Shown here: one piece after another, positions 26,124 through 37,100 of the stretch | Position numbering within the stretch: the stretch's first letter is position 1 | Layout of the letters: the number at the start of each line of letters is the position of its first letter | NCBI GenBank assembly: GCA_013288655.1 | Contig: JABDBK010000002.1 | Location: 2,390 to 66,389 of the forward strand | DNA: 64,000 nt | Source: Gammaproteobacteria bacterium | GTDB taxonomy: Bacteria; Pseudomonadota; Gammaproteobacteria; DSM-16500 | Direction: 5' to 3' | The notes under the pieces: generated by a model | What the model saw: only the letters and a program-made list of their open reading frames with translations | Told to the model about the DNA's origin: nothing | Databases searched by the model: none | Program-made: the position numbers and the translations under genes

Positions 26124-27051
26124 GATTCAACTAGCATCACAACGCGGTGCGGCTATTATTGTGGCCTTATTCGTCACAGCACTCGTCGTGATTGCTTCCG
26201 TCGCTATGATAGAACGCTTACGAGCGGACCTTAGTCGCACCAACTTGATAATGAATGACACAAAAGCACGTTTATATGCGGAAGGTTCAATTGCCTGGGC
26301 GATGGAACAACTGAATGCTAATTTAAAACAAAAAAAACCAAATACCATCACAGACATGATGCCTTTACAATCACCCGTCGATAAGATAGAAAATGCCCAA
26401 GTTTACAGCCTTATTTATGATCAAGAAGGTCTATTCAATCTGAACAACTTAACCGATCCTGAAACACATCAAGGTTTTATTCAATTCATCATAGCCATTG
26501 AACCCACTATGAAGGTAGATGATATAAAAAATCTTATCATTGCCTTACGCGATTGGATTTCACCGAGTGGCACGAATAACCAATTAGACGATTATTATGC
26601 TAAACAATCACCTGCCTATGTTGCGCCTCATCGACCTATGGTAAGTATAAGCGAACTTAGATTAGTCAAAGGCATGACATCTCTTCTCTATGCTAAATTA
26701 TCGCCTTTTGTCACTGCACTACCTGAGGCAACTAAACTCAATATTAATAGCGCCCCGCCGCAAGTATTAATGAGCTTAAGCCCTGGCTTATCTTTAGAAG
26801 CAGCAACTACCATTGTAAACCATAGAAAACAACATCCATTTACGACCACCGAAAGCTTTTTACAATTTGATATCGTCAAAAACAACCACATCGATGATAA
26901 AAAGATAAACATTATTAGCGCCTATTTTTTAGTCAAGACAAGTGTTAAAATGGCGCATCAAGAAAAAATACTTTATACATTATTACATCGCATACTCAAT
27001 AATGCACAGCCCATAGAAATCATCGTATGGCAAAGCAAGGGTACTTTATGA
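26107..27051 (+). CDS. gspK: Type II secretion minor pseudopilin GspK
   Basis: QRGAAIIVALFV N-terminus lacking the Glu5 equivalent, ~314 aa, and an SAM-like LNINSAPPQVLMSL motif typical of GspK. Confidence 0.85.
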   Translation: MRKKPKIQLASQRGAAIIVALFVTALVVIASVAMIERLRADLSRTNLIMNDTKARLYAEGSIAWAMEQLNANLKQKKPNTITDMMPLQSPVDKIENAQVYSLIYDQEGLFNLNNLTDPETHQGFIQFIIAIEPTMKVDDIKNLIIALRDWISPSGTNNQLDDYYAKQSPAYVAPHRPMVSISELRLVKGMTSLLYAKLSPFVTALPEATKLNINSAPPQVLMSLSPGLSLEAATTIVNHRKQHPFTTTESFLQFDIVKNNHIDDKKINIISAYFLVKTSVKMAHQEKILYTLLHRILNNAQPIEIIVWQSKGTL

Positions 27052-28199
27052 CCGCGAAACGTTTATTGATTTATTTATCAACTCATAATATAAGCTGGGC
27101 CGCATGGGATGAAGCAGGCATTTTGCAATCGATGGTTTCGGAAGGAAATATTGACGACTTAAAAATTTATGCTCAGGGCTTTGACATCACTGTGATTATT
27201 CCTGGAGAAGATTGCCTGCTTTCGTCAGCGACACTTCCTAAACTCAACCGTCAACGCTTATTACAAGCATTGCCCTTTGCACTGGAAGAACAATTAATTG
27301 CTGATGTACAAGATTTACATTTTGCTATGGGAGAATACCAAACCGATGGCACGATGCCTGTTGCCATTATCAAGCGTCAACTCATGGAAGCTTATATTGA
27401 GATGTTAAAACAAGCCGGCATCGAAGCTCATACCATGGTTCCAGCAACCTTAGCACTCGCTTACATACCCAAACAATGGCACGTTTATGTATTAAAAAAT
27501 ATTTGCCTGGTCCGCACGGGAAAATATCAAGGATTTGCCTGCGATCATGAAAATATTGCTACTTTTTTAACATTGCAACTTGCGGCTTCTTCTGAACAGC
27601 CTGAAATCATCATGCATGAGACATCGTGCATAGATAAAAATGTCTTAGAAAATATGAATGATTCACTGCACACTGCATCCATTAATTTATTACAAGGCCA
27701 GTATGCATCCAAGCAAACCTCTTCTTTAACAAAAAAAATATGGCGCGCCTCTGGCTATATTGCAGCAAGCTGGATTGCTTTATTATTCTTAAACCATGTC
27801 GTCTCTTATTTTATGTTGGAACATGCTTTACATAAGTCCGAACTTGCCATCCATACTATTTATAAAAAACATTTTCCAGCAGCAACAAGCATGGTTGCGC
27901 CACGCGAACGTATGCAGGAAAAATTAAAAAAATTTTCGTCGGATGCTAATAAAAATTATATTTTGAATCTGTTAGCTATGATAGGCAACAGCATGCATCA
28001 ATCACCTGTGATTCATGTTAAACAATTCGATTTTCGGGAGCATTCGCTGACCTTAACCATGGTTGCACCATCTTTTGATGCGCTCGATCGTTTTTCACAA
28101 TCACTCAAGCAACAAGGTCTAAACGTAAAACAACAGAGTGCGGGCATCACAGGTGCTGAAGTCAAAGCAAACTTAATGATTAATACAGGTGTCGCATGA
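27048..28199 (+). CDS. gspL: Type II secretion inner-membrane protein GspL
   Basis: Operon position. One central TM (ASGYIAASWIALLFLNHVV) between cytoplasmic and periplasmic domains. ATG 27048 makes an ATGA overlap with the gspK stop. Confidence 0.75.
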   Translation: MTAKRLLIYLSTHNISWAAWDEAGILQSMVSEGNIDDLKIYAQGFDITVIIPGEDCLLSSATLPKLNRQRLLQALPFALEEQLIADVQDLHFAMGEYQTDGTMPVAIIKRQLMEAYIEMLKQAGIEAHTMVPATLALAYIPKQWHVYVLKNICLVRTGKYQGFACDHENIATFLTLQLAASSEQPEIIMHETSCIDKNVLENMNDSLHTASINLLQGQYASKQTSSLTKKIWRASGYIAASWIALLFLNHVVSYFMLEHALHKSELAIHTIYKKHFPAATSMVAPRERMQEKLKKFSSDANKNYILNLLAMIGNSMHQSPVIHVKQFDFREHSLTLTMVAPSFDALDRFSQSLKQQGLNVKQQSAGITGAEVKANLMINTGVA

Positions 28200-28678
28200 A
28201 ACAATGGTGGTTAGAATTATCACGACAAGAAAAACAAAGCGTAGGCGCAGGTAGCATTGCCATCGCGATTTTTATCATTTATGCGTGGATATGGTCACCA
28301 CTGGATCATAAAATCACGTCCATGCGTACGCAAATTGTACAAAATCAAAAACTTTTAACTTGGATGAAAGCAGCAGACAGTCAGCTCACGCATTCTGCCA
28401 GTCAAATAAAATCGACCTCTCCGCATGCATCAGCATCTTTACTTAGCTTAGCTCAAAATCAAATTAAACAAAGCCCGCTTTCGAACCAGGCTTATCAATT
28501 ACGTCAGGCTGAAAGTGATTCGGTACAACTGAGTTTCAAACAAGTTGATTTTGATAAACTCATTACCTGGCTTACCGAGATCCACCAGCAACAAAGCTTA
28601 ATGGTAACGCAACTGACAGTTGCACCTGGTGAAACTCCTGGTATGGTATCCGCAGAAATTCAATTAACATCATCCTAA
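28196..28678 (+). CDS. gspM: Type II secretion inner-membrane protein GspM
   Basis: 160 aa with an N-terminal TM. ATGA overlap with gspL; operon position. Confidence 0.7.
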   Translation: MKQWWLELSRQEKQSVGAGSIAIAIFIIYAWIWSPLDHKITSMRTQIVQNQKLLTWMKAADSQLTHSASQIKSTSPHASASLLSLAQNQIKQSPLSNQAYQLRQAESDSVQLSFKQVDFDKLITWLTEIHQQQSLMVTQLTVAPGETPGMVSAEIQLTSS

Positions 28679-28690
28679 GAAAGGCACGTT

Positions 28691-29197
28691 ATGGCATTAT
28701 TAAAAGTCGTTTATTATTCTTACCATCCCGCATTACATAAAATAGCAGAACCCGTCACGCAGTTTGATGAAAAACTTGCTAAATTCGTTGAAGATATGTA
28801 TGAAACCATGTATCACGAAAATGGTGTGGGCTTAGCCGCACCTCAAGTGGGCGTTTCAAAACGTATCGCGACTGTTGACATCAGTGAAGAACGCAATAAA
28901 GCTTTTGTGATCATTAATCCAGAAATTATTGAACGAGGCGGTGAAGAGCTGATGGAAGCAGGTTGTCTTTCTATTCCTGGCACTTATGACAAAGTCCCGC
29001 GCGCCACTTTCGTGAAAGTGCGCGCACAAGATGTGAATGGTCAATTTTTCGAAATTGAGGGGAACGGTTTACTCGCCCATTGTTTGCAACATGAAATAGA
29101 CCATTTGAATGGCAAACTTTATATTGATTATTTATCGCCGCTTAAAAAACGGACTTTGCTTAAAAAAATGGAAAAGTTTTTGAAGAGAGAAAAATAA
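28691..29197 (+). CDS. def: Peptide deformylase
   Basis: Motifs GVGLAAPQ, AGCLSIPG and QHEIDHLNG. Confidence 0.95.
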   Translation: MALLKVVYYSYHPALHKIAEPVTQFDEKLAKFVEDMYETMYHENGVGLAAPQVGVSKRIATVDISEERNKAFVIINPEIIERGGEELMEAGCLSIPGTYDKVPRATFVKVRAQDVNGQFFEIEGNGLLAHCLQHEIDHLNGKLYIDYLSPLKKRTLLKKMEKFLKREK

Positions 29198-29201
29198 TAA
29201 A

Positions 29202-29229
29202 AAAGCCACTGCTCTGCAGCAGTGGCTTT
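29202..29229. terminator. Bidirectional rho-independent terminator (aaagccactgc / gcagtggcttt)
   Basis: 11-bp stem flanked by an A-tract and a T-tract, between the convergent def (+) and the porin gene (-). Confidence 0.6.
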
Positions 29230-29246
29230 ATCAAACATGAGTCATG

Positions 29247-30401
29247 TTAGATTTTGACATTCATCGTCAAATAAGGACCTGCCAAGCGGAAATTGGTGAC
29301 ATCAGTGTCTCTGTTCTCAAAATCCTGGAATGCTTGAGCCATTGTAGATCTACCAGCATCTGGAGCAGCTACTGCCGCAACATCGCCCGTATCTATTTGC
29401 TCAACGACATCAATATACTTAGTGACTTGATAACCCAGCTCTAATCCTAAGAGGGTACCATTATTGAATTGGTACTTATAATTGAGAGCGAATTTAGCAT
29501 CAAATCCTGGAGCAATGACCTGTTGACTATCATATGAATAATCGACATTCTCTGCATCAGTTAACCGGTAAGGAGCCGTTGATCCACTTTGAGTAAACAC
29601 TGCAACTTGCGAATCAGCATTTAAACTTAGTTGTCCTACTAACAATGCCATATCTATACCGCCAGACAAACTAAATCCAGTGCCTAAATAATAATCCGCT
29701 TTCATCCCGACCATAGGACCTAAGCCATTAAAGCTAGAATTGACAGATCCATCTACGAAAGTACTCGACACTGAACCGGTTGATACACCTCTATTTGTAA
29801 TAGCAGCGTATTCGGTTGACAAATCATCATCTAATCGCATATATCTTAAGCCAGTGAATAATCTGGTTTGTAACCTGGGTCCGATATTAAGATATTGACC
29901 AAATGTTAAATCTACTGCATCAAAATCATACTTCACGGTACCATTAGCATTTAATGTCACATTCCCACTGGAGGAGTCTCCCAACTCCATTTGAAAACCT
30001 GGTACAAAGGAAACAAGTTGAGCATCTCCGCCTACAATAAATTCACTGGATTTAAAATTGTTATGGAAATACATCCAGTCCAATTTTACATCATTTGCCG
30101 TATTCGGAAAAACATACCCTAAACCGAGTACGAATCCCCAGTTGTATCCTGGATTGACAGCATAATCTACGTCACTTGTGTTAACTGCCTCCCAGCCAAT
30201 ACTCTGCACCACTAGATAATCCAAATTTGAACTATCTGGCGTCATATAAAGCGCGCCTAAGCTAAATTCGAAACCACCTGCAAAACTAGGAATAGTTACA
30301 GGAACCAGTGGTGGTGCCTCACCTTTATAACCATCAGCAAAGGCTGACACAGATGAAATAAAACAAAGTGTTGCTAAACATAGCTTGGTATATTTTTTCA
30401 C
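29247..30401 (-). CDS. Legionella MOMP-family outer-membrane porin, paralog 1
   Basis: Signal peptide ...SAFADGYKGE. Alternating beta-strand pattern and a C-terminal beta-signal. My recollection is that this architecture is the Legionellales major OMP family. GTG start preceded by GGAGGC. Confidence 0.65.
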   Translation of the reverse strand: MKKYTKLCLATLCFISSVSAFADGYKGEAPPLVPVTIPSFAGGFEFSLGALYMTPDSSNLDYLVVQSIGWEAVNTSDVDYAVNPGYNWGFVLGLGYVFPNTANDVKLDWMYFHNNFKSSEFIVGGDAQLVSFVPGFQMELGDSSSGNVTLNANGTVKYDFDAVDLTFGQYLNIGPRLQTRLFTGLRYMRLDDDLSTEYAAITNRGVSTGSVSSTFVDGSVNSSFNGLGPMVGMKADYYLGTGFSLSGGIDMALLVGQLSLNADSQVAVFTQSGSTAPYRLTDAENVDYSYDSQQVIAPGFDAKFALNYKYQFNNGTLLGLELGYQVTKYIDVVEQIDTGDVAAVAAPDAGRSTMAQAFQDFENRDTDVTNFRLAGPYLTMNVKI

Positions 30402-30517
30402 AAAAAGCCTCCGTACATAATTAACTATTCATTCCCTTGATGTCAAAAACACCGTAAGGAAAACTATTTAAACTAAACTCTTTTCATTCGATGATTAAGC
30501 TATTCTCGTTATAAAAA

Positions 30518-30548
30518 AGCCACTGCATAAATAAATCAAACAGTGGCT
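30518..30548 (-). terminator. Terminator hairpin (agccactg / cagtggct) followed by a T-tract on the minus strand
   Basis: 8-bp stem with a 15-nt loop, then TTTTTT on the minus strand, 20 nt after the paralog 2 stop. Shares aaaaaagccactgc with the terminator at 29198-29212. Confidence 0.5.
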
Positions 30549-30568
30549 CCAAGAATGTCAATCAATCA

Positions 30569-31687
30569 TTAAACTTTAACATTCAATGTTAAATATGGAC
30601 CATTTAAGCCAAAATTAGTCACATCGGTATCAAAGCTTATATCATCGGAAGCGCTACCCCTATCCAATTGTTCAACAACATCAATGTACTTGGTGACTTG
30701 ATAGCCTAGTTCTAATGCTACCAAAGTACCATTATTGAATTGGTACTTATAGTTGAGACCAAATTTAGCATCAAATGCGGGAGCTACTACGTTTTGACTA
30801 TCCCAATTAAGGTCATCGACTTCGCTAGCAGTTATATTAAAGACATGGCCTGATGTTTCCGTGGTAGTCACATCAAGTTGATTACCCGAGAAACTCAGAT
30901 TACCAACCAATAAAGCTGCATCAAACATGCCTGACAATCCAAAGCCTGAGCCTAGATAGTAGTCTGCTCTAGCCCCAAACAATGGACCTAAACCGTTAAA
31001 GCTGGAATTCAGGTTGCCTGAAGAGGTTTCAATTTCAGAGCCTGTTCCACCAGCTACGGGGAGAGCCTGCACTACTGAGGTTGATAAATCATCATTTAGG
31101 CGCATGTATCGGAGACCCGCAAACTTACGGACCTGTAAACGTGGACCTATATTGATGTATTGACCAAAAGTTAAGTCTACTGCATCGAAATCATATTCAA
31201 CGCTGCCGGAGCTATTTGCGACGTCACCAGAAGTGAGAGTACCATTGTCAACAGGGAAATTAACAATTGTGGTCGTTGTTCCTGAAACTCCAAACGCATC
31301 ACTGCTATCGCTATAGTTATTATGGAAATACATCCAATCTAACTTGACATCATTCGCTGTATTTGGGAATACATAGCCTACGCCAAGAACAAAACCCCAA
31401 TTATAATTTGGGCTAATAGACTCACTGTTCCAGGTTGATGTGGTAAGTGATGGTGAAGCTGCTGTACCTGCACCTATTGTCGTAACTTGATTAAGAGCTG
31501 TATACGTCAAGTTGCTGCTAGTGGGTTGCATGTAAATTGCACCGAGGGTAAATTCAAAGCCGCCATTAAAGTTCGGAATGGTTACACAAGGCAGGGGTGG
31601 TGCTTCACCTTTATAACCGTCAGCTAAGACGGGTGCGGATGATATAAAACAAAGTGTTGCTAAAAATAGCTTGGTATATTTTTTCAC
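30569..31687 (-). CDS. Legionella MOMP-family outer-membrane porin, paralog 2
   Basis: Homologous to paralog 1 at both ends. GTG 31687 with the same GGAGGC-TTTT-GTG context is preferred over the track start ATG 31699, which lies inside the Shine-Dalgarno. Confidence 0.65.
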   Translation of the reverse strand: MKKYTKLFLATLCFISSAPVLADGYKGEAPPLPCVTIPNFNGGFEFTLGAIYMQPTSSNLTYTALNQVTTIGAGTAASPSLTTSTWNSESISPNYNWGFVLGVGYVFPNTANDVKLDWMYFHNNYSDSSDAFGVSGTTTTIVNFPVDNGTLTSGDVANSSGSVEYDFDAVDLTFGQYINIGPRLQVRKFAGLRYMRLNDDLSTSVVQALPVAGGTGSEIETSSGNLNSSFNGLGPLFGARADYYLGSGFGLSGMFDAALLVGNLSFSGNQLDVTTTETSGHVFNITASEVDDLNWDSQNVVAPAFDAKFGLNYKYQFNNGTLVALELGYQVTKYIDVVEQLDRGSASDDISFDTDVTNFGLNGPYLTLNVKV

Positions 31688-31866
31688 AAAAGCCTCCATA
31701 CATGATTAAAGTTCTATTCCCTTGGGTATGTTATATCAACATGCCTAAGAAAAAGCTGTTCAAACAACATAATTACATATTTAAAACTGAACCTTTCTAA
31801 AAAGCAACAGATTTATTAATAAATGTATTAAAAAAGTAATATAGTATTTCTTTAAGAAGTGGTTTA

Positions 31867-33756
31867 TTAATCTTCAAAGTAAGTATAGCCTTGTAAACCA
31901 CGCGTTAAATCATTGTAATATTCTTCACGCAACTCATAAGATAAGCTGGATTTTTCAAGCTGTTCCCGGTACGAACGAATCAAATGACTTCGATTAAAAT
32001 TAACATTACCCAAGGCCGATTCTACCGTATCACCCTCAATAGCCTGGGTAAGTTTATAACCTCCATCTTCTTTTAATTCCACATGTACTGAGTGGGTATC
32101 ACCAAATAAATTATGCAAATCACCTAAAATTTCTTGATAAGCACCCACCATAAAAATACCTAACAAATATTCTTTATCAGCATCATGCGGCAAGAGAGAC
32201 AAGGTACTATCTAAACCAAAATTATTGACATAATGATCGATACGACCATCCGAGTCACAGGTAATGTCATGCAGAATTCCACGTTGTGTTGGGTATTGAT
32301 CTAAACCAGATATGGGCATAATAGGAAATACTTGATCAATTGCCCATGCATCTGGCAAAGATTGGAACAATGAAAAATTACAAAAAAACTTATCCGCCAG
32401 TTTTTCATTCAGTTCATCAATGACCTCTCTATGCGCTCGAATAGCAGGTTTTAAATAATCTCTGACCTTAAACGAGGTTGCATAATAGATTTGTTCTGCG
32501 TAAGCACGCTTATTTAAATCCATCAAACCATGAGTAAACATGGTTTGTACTTCTGAATTCCAAAGACAAACATCATGATAGGTTTCCAAAGCATTATTTT
32601 CTGATAAATTCGTGTAACCTTCCCATAAATTTTTAATGATAGCTGCTTCATTTAATACGGGCGGTTTTAAATTGCTTAAATCACAGGGTGATTCCGTCGC
32701 TATCACATTGGTAATTAACATAGCATGATGTGCAGTTAATGCACGACCCGATTCGGTAATAATTTCAGGATGAGGCAAATTATGTTGCTGACAGGTTTCT
32801 GCCAAAATATAAACGACATTATTCGCGTATTCTTGGACAGAATAGTTCATGGAACCGACGCTGCGTGAACGCGTTCCTTCATAATCCACCGCTAAGCCAC
32901 CACCTACGTCGACGATACTAATAGGCGCACCTAATGAATTAAGCGCGGAAAAATATCGCGCACATTCACGCATTCCGCATTGAATATCCGCAATATTCGC
33001 GATTTGCGAACCCAAATTAAAATGAATCGCGCGCAACAAATGCAATTGGTTTTTTTCACGTAACATATCGATCACACGCAATACTTGCGGTGCTGAAAAA
33101 CCAAATTTTGCTTTTTCACCTGAAGTATTCGCCCACTTACCTGTACCTACTGATGCCAAGCGTACACGTATGCCTATGCATGGCTCAATTTTCATTTTTT
33201 CGGCTTCTTCTAAAACAAGCGGCAACTCCGAAAGTTTTTCTAGAATGATACAAACTCTATGGCCCAGGCGCTGGCCAATGAGAGCAAGCCTTATAAATTC
33301 CCTATCTTTATAACCATTACACACAATCACAGATTCAGGTTGTGCAGATAATGCGAGTGTCGCCAATAGCTCAGGTTTGCTGCCAGTTTCAAGACCTACT
33401 CGTGTATTTGTGTTATCTAGAATAGCTTCGACCACACGGCGTTGTTGATTGACTTTGATCGGATAAACACAGGTAAAATTACCTTTATAATCGTTATCCT
33501 TAATAGCCCGCATAAACGCATCACTTAGGGTTTGGATACGTTTTTGAATGATATCGGTAAACCGCACCAATACTGGAAAGGTTAAACCCGCTTCTTTGAT
33601 ACGCTCAGCCAGATCCACTAAATCAATGCTAATACCGGAGCCTTGACCTTTAGGATAAGCCTGCATGCGGCCGCGGTCACAAATATCAAAAAAACCATCA
33701 CTCCACTGTGCCACTAAATAAGCATCACGTGCATGTTGAGCAGACCAATCAGCCAT
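31867..33756 (-). CDS. speA: Biosynthetic arginine decarboxylase
   Basis: 629 aa. N-terminus WSAQHARDAYLVAQWSDGFF, and PLP-dependent fold-III decarboxylase motifs (YPIKVNQ, GGGLAVDYEG). Confidence 0.95.
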   Translation of the reverse strand: MADWSAQHARDAYLVAQWSDGFFDICDRGRMQAYPKGQGSGISIDLVDLAERIKEAGLTFPVLVRFTDIIQKRIQTLSDAFMRAIKDNDYKGNFTCVYPIKVNQQRRVVEAILDNTNTRVGLETGSKPELLATLALSAQPESVIVCNGYKDREFIRLALIGQRLGHRVCIILEKLSELPLVLEEAEKMKIEPCIGIRVRLASVGTGKWANTSGEKAKFGFSAPQVLRVIDMLREKNQLHLLRAIHFNLGSQIANIADIQCGMRECARYFSALNSLGAPISIVDVGGGLAVDYEGTRSRSVGSMNYSVQEYANNVVYILAETCQQHNLPHPEIITESGRALTAHHAMLITNVIATESPCDLSNLKPPVLNEAAIIKNLWEGYTNLSENNALETYHDVCLWNSEVQTMFTHGLMDLNKRAYAEQIYYATSFKVRDYLKPAIRAHREVIDELNEKLADKFFCNFSLFQSLPDAWAIDQVFPIMPISGLDQYPTQRGILHDITCDSDGRIDHYVNNFGLDSTLSLLPHDADKEYLLGIFMVGAYQEILGDLHNLFGDTHSVHVELKEDGGYKLTQAIEGDTVESALGNVNFNRSHLIRSYREQLEKSSLSYELREEYYNDLTRGLQGYTYFED

Positions 33757-34178
33757 CTAACGTATCCTCAAAAAAGTTCGCCTAAAAACCAGTCCCTTAG
33801 ACCAGAAGTTAAGGGCGGAGTAATGTACTCGAAAATGAACGTTTTTGCTACAGTTATTTTATCTTGAGTGAAAATCGCTTGCATGATAGGATTTCGCCTT
33901 TTATAAAGGACTAATCATTATCGTGTTAAAAATGCTTTTTTCAAAACTCATTAATACATTATCATTGCTAGTACGTAAACGAATGCCATGGTTTTTTTCA
34001 TTTTTATCCAAACGAAAAGGCTTACGGAAAATCTACCTACGAAACAAACAATTTGCATCTAGCCGAAAAAGCATTGCTCAATTAACACCTGCAAATTATT
34101 TATTTCCAAATAAAAACAGGGAAATAAATCCAGCTTTAGAACAAGCCATGACACGATGGCCTAAACGGAAGCGCCTCC

Positions 34179-37100
34179 ATGGATAATCCGTCTGTGCGCT
34201 TCTTATTTGATTTACAAGCAACCCAAACTCCTAGCTCTAAAAACAGAGGAGTTGGACGATATTCTCATGCGCTTTTTAAAACATTTTGCGCTGAGGAAAC
34301 ATCAGCAAGCATTTATGCGCTTTTATCGCAAGAATTAGCTTCTCCTAATATCGATTTTTTTAATCAAGCACATGTATTGCGCTTGCCTAGCCTGCCAAAC
34401 TGGAGCACTGAACGCGATTTTTTAGGCGGAGACAGAGACTCACTGGATACCGTTGCATACAGCAGCTTTGCTCAAACTATAAAACCTGATCTCATTCATA
34501 TTTCGCATGCTTTTGAAGACTTCGAAGACCGCATTTCACTACCGCATCTTAAACTTAAGTCACCTGGTCAAATTATTTCCGCAACACTTTATGATTTAAT
34601 TCCTCTTCGATTCCAGGAATACTACTTTAAAAACGACGAATTTAAGCGTTGGTATTTAGCCCGTACGGCCTGGTTACGCCAAGCAGATCTTTTATTAGCC
34701 ATTTCTGAATCCACTCGTCAAGATGCTATAGAGTTATTAAACATAGAACCCTCGCGCATAGTCACCATACACGCTGGCGTGGATAAACATTTTAAGCCAT
34801 TAAACGATATTGAAAACGTCAAAAACACTCTCAAAAAACGTTACCCGCTCACCGAACGCATGGTGCTTTATACTGGCGGTGATGAGTACCGTAAAAATCT
34901 CTCCGGCGCCATTCAAGGTTTTGCAAAAATTCCACATGCCGCCAGAAAAAATACTACTTTGTTCATTGTTTGTTCCATATCTGAAAGCAATAAAAAAGCT
35001 TACCTAAAAGAAGCGATAGCAGCAGGCTTAAGCGAGCAAGACATCCATTTTACAGGTTTTATTCCAGAAGAAGATTTAGTCGCATTTTACAATATATGCG
35101 ATGTCTTTCTTTTCCCCTCCAGATACGAAGGCTTTGGCTTGCCTATACTTGAAGCCATGAAATGCGGCGCTCCTGTCATAGGCAGCAATAATTCCAGCAT
35201 ACGGGAAATTATTTATAGAGATGATGCTTTATTCAACGCCGATTCTGCTGATGCAATGGCTGATCTGCTGAGCAAGGTTTTAACAGACACAAACTTTAGA
35301 AATGATTTAAAATCTCACGGTCTCGAACGTGCCAAACAATACTCATGGAAAAAAACCGCCGAATTAACGCGTAGTGCTTTTATAGAAGCTTTATCGAACA
35401 AGCAACAAGCGGGTATTCATGCTGCATTACATGGGTGGCTGCCCAAAAAACGATTAGCAATGTTAACCCCCCTCCCTCCATGTAAATCAGGTATCGCAGA
35501 CTATAATGCTCAATTTCTGCCTTATTTAGCTAAACATTTTGATATTGATCTTTATGTCGATGACTATACAGTGACTGACGTTAACTTAACATCTGCGTTT
35601 CATATTTTTGATGTCAAAGATTTTGAAAAAGTTGCAACTTCTTACGATGCGATTTTATATGAAATGGGTAATTCTGAATTTCATGCGCATATGGTGCCAT
35701 TGCTTATGCGTTTTCCCGGGGTGGTGGGATTACATGATGCGTATTTGAGTGGGTTGTTTTTTTATATGGATTCACATTTAAATACCGCGAACTATATCAA
35801 TGAACTTTTAACAGCACATGGACCACAAGCGCGTCAATATTTTGCGCCTATGCATTTTTCAGAAAATTCTTTTGAAATCTCACGCACTCATTTACCATGC
35901 ACAAAAAAAATACTCGATCAGGCCATAGGTGTTATTTCTCATTCACCCTATAATATAAAACTTAGTCAACAATGTTATCCTGAAGGTTGGCTTGCTCCCT
36001 ATCATGTCATCCCACAAATGACGATAGCAAAGAAAAAACCTTCACTCGATGACTTAATAAAGATACGAAAAAAACTAGGTTTTGAACCCACTGATTTCAT
36101 TATTAGCACGTTCGGTCATATTTCACCTACAAAATGCAGCCAATTACTACTTGATGCATTCACACAAAGCACATTTCATAGGAATGTTTATTTAATTTTT
36201 GTAGGCTCAGTAGACGACCGCGATGAAGGCAATAGAGCTTTCAATGACGCTTTTAAAAAAATTCACAGCCATAGCATTAAAATAACCGGCTATCTTTCTG
36301 AAACCGATTATCAAAATTATTTATATATCACCGACTTAGCTATACAACTACGCATCCATAACCGTGGCGGGACTCCAAAAGGCGTGCTTGACTGTCTTAG
36401 CCATCAAATTCCTGTCATCGTAAATAATGATGCGAGTTATACCGATTATCCTGATGATAGGGTTATAAAATTAAACTCTAACCCTTTAGCAGAAGAAATC
36501 ATTGCGACTTTTGAGCATTTAGTGACTCATCCAAATATACTGAATCACTATGCAAAGAAAGCTTTCGATTACGCTAAAACACAACATGATCCAGGTTATT
36601 GCGCGGCCATGTATGCGCATTCTATACATGAATTTATGGAACGGCATAGAACCCATACGGCAGATTATTGGGGACAAGCTTTTGCGCCATACTTAGGATC
36701 ATGCCAATCAACTGCAGTTGAAAAAGCTCAATCCTGGCTTTGCCAACTCCCTGCACTGAATACAAAAAAACCACGGTTGATGATTGATGTGAGTCATATT
36801 GCTAAAAAGGACCATAGGACAGGTGTTCAACGGGTAGTGAGAGAAATTGTTACCTATTTATATTGTATAGAATCGCCGGAAATAGAACCCCTTGCGGTAC
36901 AATTAGAAAATGGTGAATTATATATTGCTAATGATTGGCTCAATTCCCAAAAATTGTTATTACCTAGCGAGGCAAGCTCCAAAAAAATACAAGTTCAATT
37001 TGAACCAGGCGATCATTTTTTGATGCTAGATTCATCCTGGGAACGTTATAGCGAATTTTATGCGGTTTTTGAACAAGCTAGAAAAGCGCGAGTACCTATC

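Noticed and set aside
33923-34186. 87-aa very basic ORF upstream of the 1248-aa glycosyltransferase, overlapping its start by 8 nt
   Set aside because: It has no recognisable family, an extreme Lys/Arg content and an AT-rich divergent promoter region (speA against the GT gene). It is more likely non-coding leader or promoter DNA. I cannot exclude a small regulatory peptide, so it is not reported as a feature.
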